Virus record (IMG/VR): IMGVR_UViG_3300016667_000143
Origin: a virus
Direction: 5' to 3' (one strand)
Length of the DNA: 64,000 nt
Position numbers and translations under genes: made by a program. Below, in pieces: positions 63,871-64,000 of the stretch. The stretch's first letter is position 1, and each line of letters begins with the position of its first letter. The notes beneath the pieces were generated by a model. It saw only the letters and a list, made by a program, of their open reading frames with translations. It had not been told where the DNA came from and did no database searches.

Positions 63871-64000
63871 ATGAGCAATCGACTGAGCGGGATTGATTAT
63901 CAAAACTTACTGGAAGGCGCGGGACAGGATGCCGAGGACGAGGCCGACGAAGCCTTGATGCTTGCGCGTTTAAATCAACTGGGGATCGAACCCGGCGAAG
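63871..64000 (+). CDS. 3'-truncated ORF, possible terminase small subunit
   Basis: MSNRLSGIDYQNLLEGAGQDAEDEADEALMLARL... runs off the window; GGGGA RBS; would precede terL if the genome is circularly permuted (inference). Confidence 0.4.
   Translation, partial: MSNRLSGIDYQNLLEGAGQDAEDEADEALMLARLNQLGIEPGE

Noticed and set aside
1-64000. Stop-codon reassignment
   Set aside because: Genes are long and densely coupled under the standard code, and no suppressor tRNA is present

Overview
The window looks like a nearly complete genome of a tailed dsDNA phage. The head-tail module is podovirus-like, and the gene set resembles uncultured freshwater proteobacterial phages (inference). On the + strand (1-47.2 kb) is one long late operon. 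It starts with a LexA-like DNA-binding protein, TerL, portal, a GroES-like co-chaperonin, a scaffold, a cement protein and a gpT-like major capsid protein followed by a pseudoknotted ncRNA candidate. Next come a lysis cassette (GH108 endolysin), small basic proteins, head-tail adaptors, a free-standing HNH gene, a 2109-aa modular fibre and a P22 gp10-like tail protein. It ends with three putative ejection proteins and a 3319-aa polyvalent protein. The - strand from 47.2 to 54.5 kb carries small accessory genes, tRNA-Leu(UAA), an SSB-like protein, a Sak annealase and a PD-(D/E)xK exonuclease. The + strand from 54.5 to 58.3 kb carries RusA, a promoter with a structured leader RNA and a T7-type primase-helicase. 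The - strand from 58.5 to 63.5 kb is a GC-rich early operon with a MoxR/CobS AAA+ ATPase, a vWA-metallopeptidase and a degenerate SprT-like protein. A non-coding hub at 63.5-63.87 kb holds phased DnaA boxes and SOS-like boxes. I recognised no DNA polymerase, integrase, reverse transcriptase or CRISPR array. The best leads are the DnaA-box hub, a recurring aromatic/Met-x-x-GG motif in putative internal proteins, an L,D-transpeptidase-like and tandem ART domains in the giant protein, two structured RNAs, and an apparent genome-wide absence of CCWGG. All protein family calls come from motif recognition by eye, not database searches.
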